Shown here: piece by piece, positions 1 through 11,266 of the stretch | Layout of the letters: each line of letters opens with the position of its first letter | How positions within the stretch are numbered: the stretch's first letter is position 1 | Assembly: GCA_963765495.1 (NCBI GenBank) | Contig: CAVXWP010000016.1 | Coordinates: 96,001-160,000 of the forward strand | From: Blastocatellia bacterium | Lineage (GTDB): Bacteria > Acidobacteriota > Blastocatellia > UBA7656 | Length of the DNA: 64,000 nt | Direction: 5' to 3' | The notes under the pieces: model-generated | The model's database searches: none | Seen by the model: the letters and a program-made list of their open reading frames with translations, nothing else | What the model was told of the DNA's origin: nothing | Made by a program: the position numbers and the translations under genes

Positions 1-1394
1 CACGCTTCGGTAAGCCTTGGCGGGCGCAAGTTGAGCGGCACGGTAGGCTTCGGATGTCGAACAGGTTCCCCGCTCCCGCAAACCTCGTATGCAATCTCAC
101 GCACTCGATAAAACGTATCCCGCGCGTCTTCACCCGTGCGCGCGGCCTGCTCGACCGTGCGCGCCACCTGCGCGTGCAACGCGTCCATGCGCGGGTCCGT
201 GTGCGCCCACTCATAGGTAAAGGATTCCTGAACGAGCGGACCCAGCCACTTTTCGGCATCGGGCTGATTCAGAAGAAGAGAGCCGGGCGGGATAAGCAAT
301 CGAATGCTGTACTGCACAGGGTCTATGTGATAGATCAACCCGCGCGCTTCCACGAAATCGAGCACCTCGATAAAATCGTCTATCGAAGTCCAGGGCGTGA
401 ATGACACAAAGGAAGGTCTGAGAGCCACCCCGGCCTGTTCGAGAATATCGAAAGCCTCTTCGACCTCTGCCCGCGTGTGGCCCTTTTCAAGGCGTTTGAG
501 CACCCTATCGCTCAACGATTCAACCGCCGAGACTACAAACAGACAGCCCGTCCGGGCAAAATCGGCTATCATCGAGCGGTGCTTGATTATGTGCTCGACC
601 TTGGCCGTGAAATCATATGAAAGGGTGGGAAATTCGTCATGCATGGCCTGCGCGATGCGGAGCGAATGAGTGGGGCCGTTAAGAAAATCGGGATCGCCGA
701 AGGTTATATGACGAGCGCCCGCCGAGACTAAATTTCGAATATCTTCGAGAACTACGGATTGCGGCACTACAAAAAAGCGGCCTTCGTAAACAGGCGGTAT
801 CGGGCAGTGCGTGCACATGTGCAGACAGCCCCGGCTCGCCTCGGTGTATCCTACAAGCCGCTGCTCGTCTTCGCGTTCCAAACGGGCGTACCGCTCAAGC
901 GGCGGCAACTTGCCTCTTCCGGGCACGGCAAAAGGCAGACGGGTAAGCACAGGAGAAGCCGCGTGAGTCTTTGTCCTTACTCCTTCGATACTGACAGGCC
1001 CAATAGCATCGAGCGATTTGATGAGAGCAACGAGCGCCTGTTCAAATTCGCCGCCGATTATGGAATCGGCTACGGTTTCGAGCAGGTAATCTGCGTTGAG
1101 CGATGCGTACATTCCGTAAAAGCAGATATGACACTCGGGATTTATGCGGCGAATCGCCTCGGCTACGCGCAGGCCCAGACGCAACGCCGTGTGCATAGGA
1201 ACCGATAGCCCCACAAACCGGGCGCGGCGCGCTTTCTCCTCGTCGAAGCCTTCGACCGATACATCCATCGCTTCGGCCTCGTAGCCCGCTCGTTCAATCA
1301 ACCCCATCGCCGTGGCGATCCCCGAGGGCTGATGTCCAAGCTCGTAGCAGGAGACAAGCAGTATCGGGGTAGATATGGTTTCTGATTCTGTCAT
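1..1394 (-). CDS. B12-binding-like radical SAM protein, CUAEP/CCAEP-tail (seleno)protein type; 3' end outside the window
   Basis: Not in the ORF track because it runs off the edge. Manual translation from ATG at 1394 gives MTESETISTPILLVSCYELGHQPSGIATAMG...EASRGCLHMCTHCPIPPVY (CxxxCxxC)...RPPRLTEA(W), open to position 1. YELGHQP and PRLTExW are motifs I recall for this family. Confidence 0.85.
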   Translation of the reverse strand, partial: MTESETISTPILLVSCYELGHQPSGIATAMGLIERAGYEAEAMDVSVEGFDEEKARRARFVGLSVPMHTALRLGLRVAEAIRRINPECHICFYGMYASLNADYLLETVADSIIGGEFEQALVALIKSLDAIGPVSIEGVRTKTHAASPVLTRLPFAVPGRGKLPPLERYARLEREDEQRLVGYTEASRGCLHMCTHCPIPPVYEGRFFVVPQSVVLEDIRNLVSAGARHITFGDPDFLNGPTHSLRIAQAMHDEFPTLSYDFTAKVEHIIKHRSMIADFARTGCLFVVSAVESLSDRVLKRLEKGHTRAEVEEAFDILEQAGVALRPSFVSFTPWTSIDDFIEVLDFVEARGLIYHIDPVQYSIRLLIPPGSLLLNQPDAEKWLGPLVQESFTYEWAHTDPRMDALHAQVARTVEQAARTGEDARDTFYRVREIAYEVCGSGEPVRHPKPTVPLNLRPPRLTEA

Positions 1395-1421
1395 AGTCAA
1401 TAATTATGGTAAGCCCCGCGT

Positions 1422-1451
1422 ATCTGAGATATCAAATCTCAAATCTCAGAT
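1422..1451. repeat. Short TTTGAGA/TCTCAAA heptamer element (family A)
   Basis: atctgagat...aaatctcaaatctcagat between the ATP-grasp stop and the rSAM start. Confidence 0.65.
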
Positions 1452-1475
1452 CACGGCGGATGAAAGAGATCAGCT

Positions 1476-2708
1476 TCACTCTATCACAAATTCTATCCTT
1501 CGGTGCGCCTCGCGCAGAGCGGCTTCTGCCCGGTCGGGTGTTTCGGCGCGAGCGAAGATGAAGCCCAGATAACTCGCGCCTTCGGGCGGAGGCAATAACT
1601 CTTGAGTGACGTGCGCGGTGATTATCACATCCTCGATCTCTTCGACGGCCCCGGCTTCATCGAGCCCTCGCACCTCTTTCAATATGCCGCGCCGGGGAAT
1701 CGGTATCATCATCACTCCCGCAGCGAGGTTTTCGCGTTCGACCCCGTCTACATCGCGACCGAGAGCGTGTCGAAGTATAAGGTCTTCGAGAGAGAGACTT
1801 GCGCCGAAGCGCAAGGTGCGGGCACAGAGGCCGCCGATTGCGCGAGCGGCTACCTCTATCACCCATGCGCCCATTTCGTTTACGCGGAGTTCGGCGTGCA
1901 CGGGGCCGCGCGTGAGCCCTAAAGCGTGCGCGGCCCGGGCTGTGGTGTCCGCTATCCGGTTTTGGACCGGCTCGGGCAATCGCGAAGGCGTGACATAGAT
2001 AGTCTCTTCAAAAAACGGCCCGTCGAGCGGGTCGGGCTTGTCGAATATCGTAAGCACTCGAAGCCTTCCGTCTGTAAGCAAGCCTTCAAGGGCTACCTCG
2101 CGACCGGGTATGAATTCTTCGGCGAGCACGTCTCGCGCCGCCTCCCGGCCACGTCTTTTAATATCGGGGCTTTCCAGTATCGCTTCCAGCCGCCTGACTG
2201 CCGCCGTGAATTCATCCACATTATCGGCTCGCATCACACCCCGGCTGGTTGAGAGAAAGACCGGCTTGACTACACACGGATAAGAGATGCACCGGGCAAT
2301 CTCTGCCGCATCGTCATCGAGCGTGAAGTGCCAGTAATGCGGAATCTGTACATTTGCGCGATTGAGACGCTGGCGCATAAGGAATTTGTTTTTTGCGGCC
2401 TGAACGGATTCGACCGAGTTGTGCGCCAGGTTGAGCGCGCGGGCTATGTGGGCGGCTACGACGGCCGTGTCTTCATCTACGGGTATGATCGCGTCAATCG
2501 GATACTCTTCATTGAATCGGGCGGCCTGCCGGGCCGCGTGTTCGGGATCGAGAAAATCGAGCGTGAGCAACTCCGAAGGATTCTTTGCGGCAAGCGTACT
2601 GGGCCTTTCAGATGCGGCGACAATATCTGTGCCCGCGCGAAGCGCTGCATCTATAAACGCCTTTGTGCGGTACGTCGTAGTGGGAAGCAGCAATAAGAGT
2701 CTCGGCAT
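1476..2708 (-). CDS. ATP-grasp domain protein
   Basis: 410 aa; AAKNKFLMR, PCVVKP, SRGVMRAD, EEFIPGREVALEG, HAELR, IEVAAR are ATP-grasp motifs. Confidence 0.9.
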   Translation of the reverse strand: MPRLLLLLPTTTYRTKAFIDAALRAGTDIVAASERPSTLAAKNPSELLTLDFLDPEHAARQAARFNEEYPIDAIIPVDEDTAVVAAHIARALNLAHNSVESVQAAKNKFLMRQRLNRANVQIPHYWHFTLDDDAAEIARCISYPCVVKPVFLSTSRGVMRADNVDEFTAAVRRLEAILESPDIKRRGREAARDVLAEEFIPGREVALEGLLTDGRLRVLTIFDKPDPLDGPFFEETIYVTPSRLPEPVQNRIADTTARAAHALGLTRGPVHAELRVNEMGAWVIEVAARAIGGLCARTLRFGASLSLEDLILRHALGRDVDGVERENLAAGVMMIPIPRRGILKEVRGLDEAGAVEEIEDVIITAHVTQELLPPPEGASYLGFIFARAETPDRAEAALREAHRRIEFVIE

Positions 2709-2715
2709 TTTCTTA

Positions 2716-3561
2716 TCACCCGTTTGAAGAGCCCTCTTCCCTGTTGCGCAACGCGTTCAATTCGGCAATCCTCGTTTCGGCAAGCTTGCTCAAATACTTT
2801 TCCCACTCCATGCGATAAGGCCTGAGATGTTCGGCTATCGCCTGAGCCACGGCGAGGTTGCGGAACCATTTCTTATCGGCCGGGATTATGTGCCACGGAG
2901 CATAATCGGTTGTGCAGCGAGTAATCGCATCTTCGTAAGCACGCATGTAATCGACCCACATGCGGCGCTCTTCCCAATCGCTTGCCGATAGCTTCCACGC
3001 CTTTTCGGTCTCTTCCTCTCGCGCTTTCAGGCGTTTCTCCTGCTCGGCATAGCTGATGTGCAGATAGAATTTCAGAATGATCGTCCCGCTGTCTGAGAGC
3101 ATCTGCTCGAAGTGCTTTATGTGATCATAGCGCCGCTTCCATACAGCTTTCGGCACAAGGTTGCGCACGCGAACGATGATTACGTCTTCGTACTGCGAGC
3201 GATTGAAAATGGTCATCATTCCGCGCGCAGGCGTTACCTGGTGAATCCGCCACAGATAGTCGTGCGCAAGCTCATTTTCAGTCGGCTTCTTGAAAGCCTC
3301 CACCCGGCACCCCGTAGGATTGACATCCGACATCACGTGTTTGATAGTGCCGTCCTTGCCGCTCGTATCCATTCCCTGAAGAACGATGAGCAGCGAATTC
3401 TGCCCTGCGGCATAAAGCAATTCCTGAAGTTCGGCGATCTCCTGGCTGAGCCCGCCAAGCAGCCTCGCTCCTTCCTCCTTCGATAGCCCTCCGGTGAATG
3501 ACGTATCATAATCATCGAGTTTCACCTTTGTGCCCGGCTTGATTCTTGTCTTCAATTCCAT
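2716..3561 (-). CDS. ppk2: Polyphosphate kinase 2 family protein
   Basis: LQGMDTSGKDG Walker A, FNRSQYEDV, ADKKWFRN. Start moved to MELKTR (3561) because the longer ORF's N-terminus is translated repeat. Confidence 0.92.
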   Translation of the reverse strand: MELKTRIKPGTKVKLDDYDTSFTGGLSKEEGARLLGGLSQEIAELQELLYAAGQNSLLIVLQGMDTSGKDGTIKHVMSDVNPTGCRVEAFKKPTENELAHDYLWRIHQVTPARGMMTIFNRSQYEDVIIVRVRNLVPKAVWKRRYDHIKHFEQMLSDSGTIILKFYLHISYAEQEKRLKAREEETEKAWKLSASDWEERRMWVDYMRAYEDAITRCTTDYAPWHIIPADKKWFRNLAVAQAIAEHLRPYRMEWEKYLSKLAETRIAELNALRNREEGSSNG

Positions 3562-3574
3562 AGTTTTCTCCAAG

Positions 3575-5166
<1,592 letters not shown>

Positions 5167-5223
5167 TCTCTTTTTGAAGCGCCATTATTCTATAGACCGG
5201 CTCACGCTAAAAGCAACGCCAGC

Positions 5224-5252
5224 TTGAAATACGCGACACGATGAAGTAGTAT
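5224..5252 (+). promoter_or_regulatory. Putative sigma70 promoter of the MFS-LLM operon
   Basis: TTGAAA-N17-TAGTAT; a divergent TTGCTT-N18-TAGAAT (5187-5216, minus strand) precedes GT9. Confidence 0.5.
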
Positions 5253-5398
5253 GCCGCCGCTCCTTCTGTGAAGATAGGAAGAGGCTTGTCGGCCGGAGGG
5301 GATCAAAGACAGACAGGGCCAGACAGAAGTCAGACAGGGCGGTCACGCTTTCCATTCAATCTGTTAAACCTGTCTCATTTTACGAGGAGGAATATCTG

Positions 5399-6688
5399 AT
5401 GAGCACAACGCGCCGTTCTTTTACTGGCCATGATTTTTTGCTGCTGGTTATAGCCTTTTTTGGAATATTCGTTTACGGGCTCCTGACCGCGCTTCCGGGT
5501 TCGGTCCTGCCTACGCTTGAACGCCACAAGTTTCTGCCCGACGATGCCGTAGCCGGGACATTCCTCTTCATCAACGCAATCGGCGCGGTAGTGGCCTATA
5601 TGGTGAGCGGGCCTATTATTGACAGGGTCGGAAAGAAGTTTGCGCTCGCGGCAGGTTCGCTTCTGGTCATCGGGTCGATGGTTGGGTTTTGGGCGACCGT
5701 CGCAAATGTGGAACCCGCCGCCGCGCGCGTTTTGATCTTCGCCTGCTCGCTCGTTTTGGGACTGGGCGCAAATGCCATTGTGAGCGCGGGTCACGCGCTT
5801 GTGGCAGACGTTGCGGACGCGGGGCGGAATTCGGCGCTAAACCTGCTCGACGTATGCTTCGGGCTCGGGCTTATGACACTGCCTTTTATGATCTCTAAGT
5901 TGGATTGGAGCGAGCGACTGGGGATCGTTTTTCTCACGCTCGCCGTGGCGACGATAGTCCTGCTCGCGCTGATTTTGATGCCGAGTTTTCCCCAACCCAC
6001 GCATCCTGAGTCCTTCCCTCTAAACGAAGCCAAAGACCTTTTCAGCAGCCTCCCTTTCTGGTTGCTGGCAATTGCGCTTTTTATGTATGTGGGAACAGAG
6101 GTAGCTGTGGGCAAATGGGTAGTGACATTTATCCAGCGAGACGGGCGGCTGCTTGAGGGGTTTGGGGGCAACCAGACGAGCGCAGCCGATTTCGCGCTGC
6201 TGACGCTTTCGTTTTTTGGCTTTTCTTTAATCATCGGGCGATTGCTGTCGAGTTTCCTGCTCGGCGTGATAAAGATGAACAGCTACGTGCTGCTCACGCT
6301 CGGCTCGCTTGTCACAAGCGTAGGGCTTGCGATTGCTTTCACGGCTTCGAGCGCGGGCGCGGTCAGATGGGCGGTCTTTTTCTCAGGGATTGGGATGGGG
6401 CCGATCTTCCCGACATCGGTAGGGCTTGCATCGGTGATCGTGCCTAAAATCGCGGGCACCGCTATGAGTTGGGTGATGGGGATCGGATTTGCCGGATTGC
6501 TTGTTATCCCGCCCTCGGTCGGCTACATCTCAAGCGCCGTAGGCGGCGAAGCGGGCGACGTGCGAACGGGTTTACTTGCCGTGCTCGCGGCTTCGATAGT
6601 GATGCTACTGCTTCACATCACGCTCGCCCTGCGCCAGCGCCGTTACCCTGCTGCTGTCTCTGAAATGAAACCGGCACAGGCGGAATGA
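5399..6688 (+). CDS. MFS transporter (FucP/TsgA-like)
   Basis: About 12 hydrophobic segments, [10 protein letters not shown] motif [16 protein letters not shown]; RBS gaggagg. Confidence 0.9.
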   Translation: MSTTRRSFTGHDFLLLVIAFFGIFVYGLLTALPGSVLPTLERHKFLPDDAVAGTFLFINAIGAVVAYMVSGPIIDRVGKKFALAAGSLLVIGSMVGFWATVANVEPAAARVLIFACSLVLGLGANAIVSAGHALVADVADAGRNSALNLLDVCFGLGLMTLPFMISKLDWSERLGIVFLTLAVATIVLLALILMPSFPQPTHPESFPLNEAKDLFSSLPFWLLAIALFMYVGTEVAVGKWVVTFIQRDGRLLEGFGGNQTSAADFALLTLSFFGFSLIIGRLLSSFLLGVIKMNSYVLLTLGSLVTSVGLAIAFTASSAGAVRWAVFFSGIGMGPIFPTSVGLASVIVPKIAGTAMSWVMGIGFAGLLVIPPSVGYISSAVGGEAGDVRTGLLAVLAASIVMLLLHITLALRQRRYPAAVSEMKPAQAE

Positions 6689-6701
6689 GAAAGGAGCGCG
6701 T

Positions 6702-7727
6702 ATGCGTCTCGGATTAAATTTTGGCTACTGGAGTTCGGGTCCATCCGACAACGTAGCCGTGGCTCAGGAGGCCGAACGGCTGGGTTATCACTCGCTGTGG
6801 ACGGCTGAAGCCTACGGGTCGGACGCGGTAACTCCGCTCACGTGGCTTGCGGCGCGAACCGAGCGCATAAACGTAGGCACGGCGATAATGCAGATGCCTG
6901 CGCGGACTCCGGCAATGACCGCGATGACGGCGGCCACGCTCGATCTTTTGACCGGAGGCCGCTTCCTGCTCGGCATAGGAGCATCGGGCCCGCAGGTGGT
7001 CGAGGGCTGGCACGGCGTCGTCTACGGCAAGCCGCTTGCCCGCGCGCGCGAGTACGTCGAGATCATTAGAACGGTGCTGAAACGCGACCGCCCGCTCGAA
7101 CACCACGGCGAGTATTACGACATCCCCGTCGAAGGCGGGACGGGGCTTGGGAAACCGCTCAAGCTTATCGTTCATCCATTGCGCCCGAGCATTCCGATTT
7201 ATCTGGCAGCGATAGGGCCAAAGAACGTGGCGCTGGCGGCTGAAATCGCCGATGGCTGGCTGCCGGTCTTCTTCTCTCCTCACCGGATGAATATATTTCG
7301 TGAATCGCTCGAAGAGGGCTTCACCCGCGCGGGTGAAGAAAAAGACCGCGCCCGATTCGACATAGCGCCGACGGTCAGTATAGTTGTGGGCGATGACACC
7401 GATTCTTGCCGCGCCCAGATAAAGCCTCATCTTGCGCTTTACATTGGAGGGATGGGAGCGCGCGGTAAGAATTTCTATAACGACCTTGCGTGCCGTTACG
7501 GCTATGAAGAGGCGGCTGCAAAGATTCAAGAATTGTACCTTTCGGGAAAGAAAAACGAAGCCATCGCCGCCGTGCCCGATGAGCTTGTAGATGAAGTGGC
7601 GCTGTGCGGGCCGCGCGACCGCATTGCCGACAAGCTGGGCGCGTGGCGCGAAGCCGGGGTGACTACGATGATTTGCGCCGTAAACTCGCTTGAGGCCGTC
7701 CGCGTAATGGCCGAGCTCGCCAGTTAA
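6702..7727 (+). CDS. LLM class oxidoreductase, probably F420-dependent
   Basis: [47 protein letters not shown]. Confidence 0.88.
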   Translation: MRLGLNFGYWSSGPSDNVAVAQEAERLGYHSLWTAEAYGSDAVTPLTWLAARTERINVGTAIMQMPARTPAMTAMTAATLDLLTGGRFLLGIGASGPQVVEGWHGVVYGKPLARAREYVEIIRTVLKRDRPLEHHGEYYDIPVEGGTGLGKPLKLIVHPLRPSIPIYLAAIGPKNVALAAEIADGWLPVFFSPHRMNIFRESLEEGFTRAGEEKDRARFDIAPTVSIVVGDDTDSCRAQIKPHLALYIGGMGARGKNFYNDLACRYGYEEAAAKIQELYLSGKKNEAIAAVPDELVDEVALCGPRDRIADKLGAWREAGVTTMICAVNSLEAVRVMAELAS

Positions 7728-7730
7728 AAA

Positions 7731-7819
7731 ATTTGAGATTTGAGATTTGAGACTTGAAATCTCATTCTCAAATCTCAATCCCATATCCCAATCTCAAATT
7801 TCAGATCTCAAATCTCAAA
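7731..7819. repeat. Inverted heptamer array, TTTGAGA/TCTCAAA (family A)
   Basis: atttgag-atttgag-atttgag...tctcaaa-tctcaa...tctcaaa-tctcaaa just after the LLM stop. Confidence 0.85.
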
Positions 7820-7822
7820 CAG

Positions 7823-7849
7823 TGTAACCTTTTGGCATGCTCAAACGTG
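7823..7849 (+). promoter_or_regulatory. Putative ECF-sigma promoter
   Basis: TGTAACC-N16-CGTG about 30 nt upstream of the oxidoreductase-ECF operon; resembles the ECF41 consensus TGTCACA-N16-CGTC. Confidence 0.55.
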
Positions 7850-7879
7850 TTATAGGTAGAATTCAGAATAAAGGAGCGT

Positions 7880-9205
7880 TTGAGCATGCAATCTTTTGAG
7901 CGGAAATCGGATGTGATCATAACAGGCGGAGGTGTGGCCGGGCTGACCGCTGCGGCTCTGCTGGCCCGACGGGGAAAGGATGTGCGGTTGATCGAGCAGT
8001 CGCACGCGGTCGGCGGGCGAGCGCGGACAAAACAGCAGAACGGATTTTATTTGAATCAGGGACCGCACGCGCTCTATCGCGCGGGGCGCGGGATCGAAAT
8101 CCTGAGAGAGCTTGGTATCGAGCCTCGCGGACGTGTCCCCGCGATTTCAGGCGCGTTCGCCGTCCGCGACGGCGTAAAACAGACGCTGCCGACCGGCTTT
8201 GTTTCCTTGCTAACCACCAACCTCTTAGGCCCCGGAGCAAAACTTGAAATGGGCCGATTGTTATCATCCATCGGCAAGCTTGACGGCGCGGAAGTGATGC
8301 GCGTGAGCCTCGCGGACTGGGTTGACGAGAATATTTCACATGAAGAGGTCAAAGGGTTGTTTTATGCGCTTTGCCGCGTTTCGACCTACACGAACGCGCC
8401 TGAAATCATGAGCGCGGGCGCGGCAATCGAGCAATTGAAACTGGCCTCCGACAAAAGCGTGCTCTATCTTGACGGCGGCTGGCAGACGATTGTTGACGGG
8501 CTAGGCGAGGCCGCGATAAACGCCGGGGTAAAGATAGAAACAGGTGTGAAGATCAAATCCATCGAGCGCGACCAGACGGGCGCTGTGCGAGCGGTCCGAA
8601 CCGATGACGGTCGTAATCTCGAAACAGACGCCGTGATAATGGCTTCAAGCCCAAAGGTGGCCGCTTCGCTCATCGAAGGCGGAAACGATACTTCGCTTGC
8701 AAAATGGGCCGCCGAGGCCGTGCCGGTAAAGGCGGCATGTCTCGACATCGCGCTCGACCGTTTGCCCGACCCGAAAGCGACCTTCGCGCTAGGCATAGAC
8801 CGACCGCATTATCTGTCGGTGCATTCGGCTACGGCGAGGCTTGCGCCCGAGGGCGGTGCGCTCATCCAGCTTGCGAAATACCTGCCGCCCGATGACCCCT
8901 CGCCCGAAAGCGCAGAGCGTGAGCTTGAAACTTTGATGGACCTCGTGCAATCGGGATGGCGAAAGGCTGTCGTCTATCGCCGATTCCTTCCAGATATGGT
9001 GGTGATGAACGCGATTGCTACGGCCGAGCAGGGAGGAACCGTGGGGCGACCCTCTGCGCAGGTCGAGGATGTGCCGGGTCTGTTTATAGCGGGCGACTGG
9101 GTAGGCAGTGAGGGACTTCTGGTCGATGCCTCGCTTGCGAGCGCAAAAGAGGCGGCCGAACTTATAGTCCGGCTTGAGCCCGCCAGGCTTCGAGCGGCGG
9201 TGTAG
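7880..9205 (+). CDS. FAD-dependent oxidoreductase (phytoene desaturase/amine oxidase-like)
   Basis: GGGVAGLTAA...IEQSHAVGGRART Rossmann motif; C-terminal GLFIAGDW. Confidence 0.88.
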   Translation: MSMQSFERKSDVIITGGGVAGLTAAALLARRGKDVRLIEQSHAVGGRARTKQQNGFYLNQGPHALYRAGRGIEILRELGIEPRGRVPAISGAFAVRDGVKQTLPTGFVSLLTTNLLGPGAKLEMGRLLSSIGKLDGAEVMRVSLADWVDENISHEEVKGLFYALCRVSTYTNAPEIMSAGAAIEQLKLASDKSVLYLDGGWQTIVDGLGEAAINAGVKIETGVKIKSIERDQTGAVRAVRTDDGRNLETDAVIMASSPKVAASLIEGGNDTSLAKWAAEAVPVKAACLDIALDRLPDPKATFALGIDRPHYLSVHSATARLAPEGGALIQLAKYLPPDDPSPESAERELETLMDLVQSGWRKAVVYRRFLPDMVVMNAIATAEQGGTVGRPSAQVEDVPGLFIAGDWVGSEGLLVDASLASAKEAAELIVRLEPARLRAAV

Positions 9206-9214
9206 GTTAGGATT

Positions 9215-10144
9215 ATGGCAATTGCCGCTGAAACATTTGAAAGCAATCAGGGTCTGTTGTGGGGCTTGTGCTATCGCATGACGGGCAATGCGGCCGACGC
9301 GGACGATCTTGTGCAGGAGACTTTTATCAGGGCGCTCGAACGACCGCCCCGCCGGTTGGATGAGCCACTGCGCCCCTGGCTCGTTCGCGTCGCAATCAAT
9401 CTGAGTCGCGATCTTTTAAGGCGGCGACGGAGAAGACATTATAAAGGCGAATGGCTTCCGTCTCCCGTACCGACGGATGAACTTGAAAGCCCCGCTTCCT
9501 ACGAGCCGCCCGCGCCCGACAGCGACTCGCCCCTTTCGCGTTATGACATGCTCGAGAGCGTCTCGTTTGCTTTCCTTCTGGCGCTTGAGGCGCTCACGCC
9601 CACTCAAAGGGCCGTGCTTTTGCTGCGCGATGTCTTCGATTACTCTACGCTTGAAACAGCCGACGCGCTCGGTCTAGCGGAATCCAACGTCAAGGTAAAT
9701 CTGCATCGCGCTCGAAAAAAGATGCGAGATTACGATGATGATCGCCGGGTGCCCGGACGCGCGCAGGGCGAAGCCACCCGCCGCGCGCTCGAACAGTTTC
9801 TGACCTGTTTGAATTCCCGTGATGTCGAAGGGCTTGAGCGATTGCTCACCGAAGACGTTATCAGTATTAGCGACGGCGGTGGAGAAGTGGCGGCGGCGAT
9901 TGCGCCCATTCGCGGACGCGACAAGGTACTGAGACTGCTCGTAGGGCTGGCCGGGAAATATGGTTCTTCCCCAAAATATTCCTTCCGCACGCTCAACGGA
10001 TTTCCCGCGATAGTCTACGAGGTACCCGGGGCGCGGCCGGGCGTTGCGTCGCTTTTTACAATGGGATGCGAGGTTGACCCGGCGGGACGAATACGACGCT
10101 TGAATGTTGTGCTTGCGCCGACGAAACTTACCGCCCTCATTTGA
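9215..10144 (+). CDS. ECF sigma factor with SnoaL-like C-terminal extension (ECF41/SigJ-like)
   Basis: DADDLVQETF region 2, WLPSP (cf. WLPEP), region 4 RAVLLLRDVFDY, SDGGG, terminal APTKL (cf. NPDKL). Confidence 0.88.
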   Translation: MAIAAETFESNQGLLWGLCYRMTGNAADADDLVQETFIRALERPPRRLDEPLRPWLVRVAINLSRDLLRRRRRRHYKGEWLPSPVPTDELESPASYEPPAPDSDSPLSRYDMLESVSFAFLLALEALTPTQRAVLLLRDVFDYSTLETADALGLAESNVKVNLHRARKKMRDYDDDRRVPGRAQGEATRRALEQFLTCLNSRDVEGLERLLTEDVISISDGGGEVAAAIAPIRGRDKVLRLLVGLAGKYGSSPKYSFRTLNGFPAIVYEVPGARPGVASLFTMGCEVDPAGRIRRLNVVLAPTKLTALI

Positions 10145-10222
10145 TGAAGAGATTTATTCTTCCCACAGGTTTTGACTTGCGCCACAGGATCGGTTACCAT
10201 CGCCAAAGAGTATTTATTGACT

Positions 10223-10906
10223 ATGACGGCACAGCACAACACACCAGCTTTGACCGGCGAACAGTTCATCAGCGAGCTTGTCGAAGAGAATCGCCTGGCG
10301 CTTGAAAGACTTGGTCAGATGAGCGCGGCGGGCGATGTTCCCGAATCTCTCACGATGGAACAACTGCTCCGCTTGGCGCTCAAAAACGAGCTTGAGGCGA
10401 CCGAGATCGCCGCTCTCTGGATAAGTACAACCGCCGAACTAGACGTAAAGCTCGCTTTCGCCCGCCAGGTCGGCGACGAGGCCCGGCACTATCGTTTGAT
10501 CTCGGACCGGCTCCGTCAACTGGGCGTTAACGCGCAGGAGATTGACCCGCTTGAGAGCGGCTATTCGCCGTTGTTTGAATATCTCAAACAGCTTCAAAGT
10601 ACGATTGCCCGCGTAGCCGCGGCCCAGTTCACCCGCGAAGGGATCGCCATAGTGCGAAACGAGCGATTCATCGAGTTTTGCCAGGCGGTCGGCGACCACG
10701 AGACCGCCGCGCTCTACCTGGAGCAAATTCAACCCGACGAGCAGCATCATCACGAGCTTGGGAAGAGACTGCTTACTCGCTATGCGCTGACGGCAGACGA
10801 GCAACAGATGGCGAGGCAGGCTGCGCGCCGCACGCTCGAGCTCGCCGAAGAGATACAGGAAATGGCGCGGCTCAAGAGCGGGATATGCCGCGCGCCCGGT
10901 TGCTGA
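10223..10906 (+). CDS. Ferritin-like di-iron protein
   Basis: E...DEARH and E...DEQHH carboxylate/His motifs; ends GICRAPGC; start MTAQHN chosen by judgement. Confidence 0.8.
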   Translation: MTAQHNTPALTGEQFISELVEENRLALERLGQMSAAGDVPESLTMEQLLRLALKNELEATEIAALWISTTAELDVKLAFARQVGDEARHYRLISDRLRQLGVNAQEIDPLESGYSPLFEYLKQLQSTIARVAAAQFTREGIAIVRNERFIEFCQAVGDHETAALYLEQIQPDEQHHHELGKRLLTRYALTADEQQMARQAARRTLELAEEIQEMARLKSGICRAPGC

Positions 10907-11127
10907 GGCGACCGAAACCCGCCTTTTTTCCGTATCGTCCTTTACACCGCCGAGATTTGTATTTACTCACCTGATGAGTCCGGCTAACATAGATCACAAG
11001 GCCGGTTATGACTATTTGCAGGTAACCCGGCTCTGGTGGGGATTGAGATTTAACTGGCGGTTGCTGCGCGCGGTGTATGAGTAGACTAGAGTTGGACTTG
11101 TCGGGAGAGCTTCGAAATACTGAATCA

Positions 11128-11162
11128 CGGCGGGCGGGTTGCCGCTCCGCCGAAGTTTTTTT
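11128..11162 (+). terminator. Terminator-like hairpin in the leader of the pentapeptide gene
   Basis: cggcgggcgg-gttg-ccgctccgccg followed by aag and T7. Confidence 0.45.
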
Positions 11163-11266
11163 CTGAGCAAACCTTCTCAGCCTGTCGCGCAGATGTTTTT
11201 AGCCTCTGAGATTCAAACGCCTCCTGTTCTGCCCCTGCATGTAAGGACTGTCTCTCGAGACGCATA

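Noticed and set aside
54-1208. Plus-strand ORFs 54-404, 397-669 and 759-1208
   Set aside because: They are antisense shadows of the radical SAM gene.
10901-10930. Selenocysteine read-through at the ferritin-like GC-TGA end
   Set aside because: The downstream sequence is a short GC stem plus T6 (terminator-like), not a convincing SECIS, and the read-through peptide looks non-coding.
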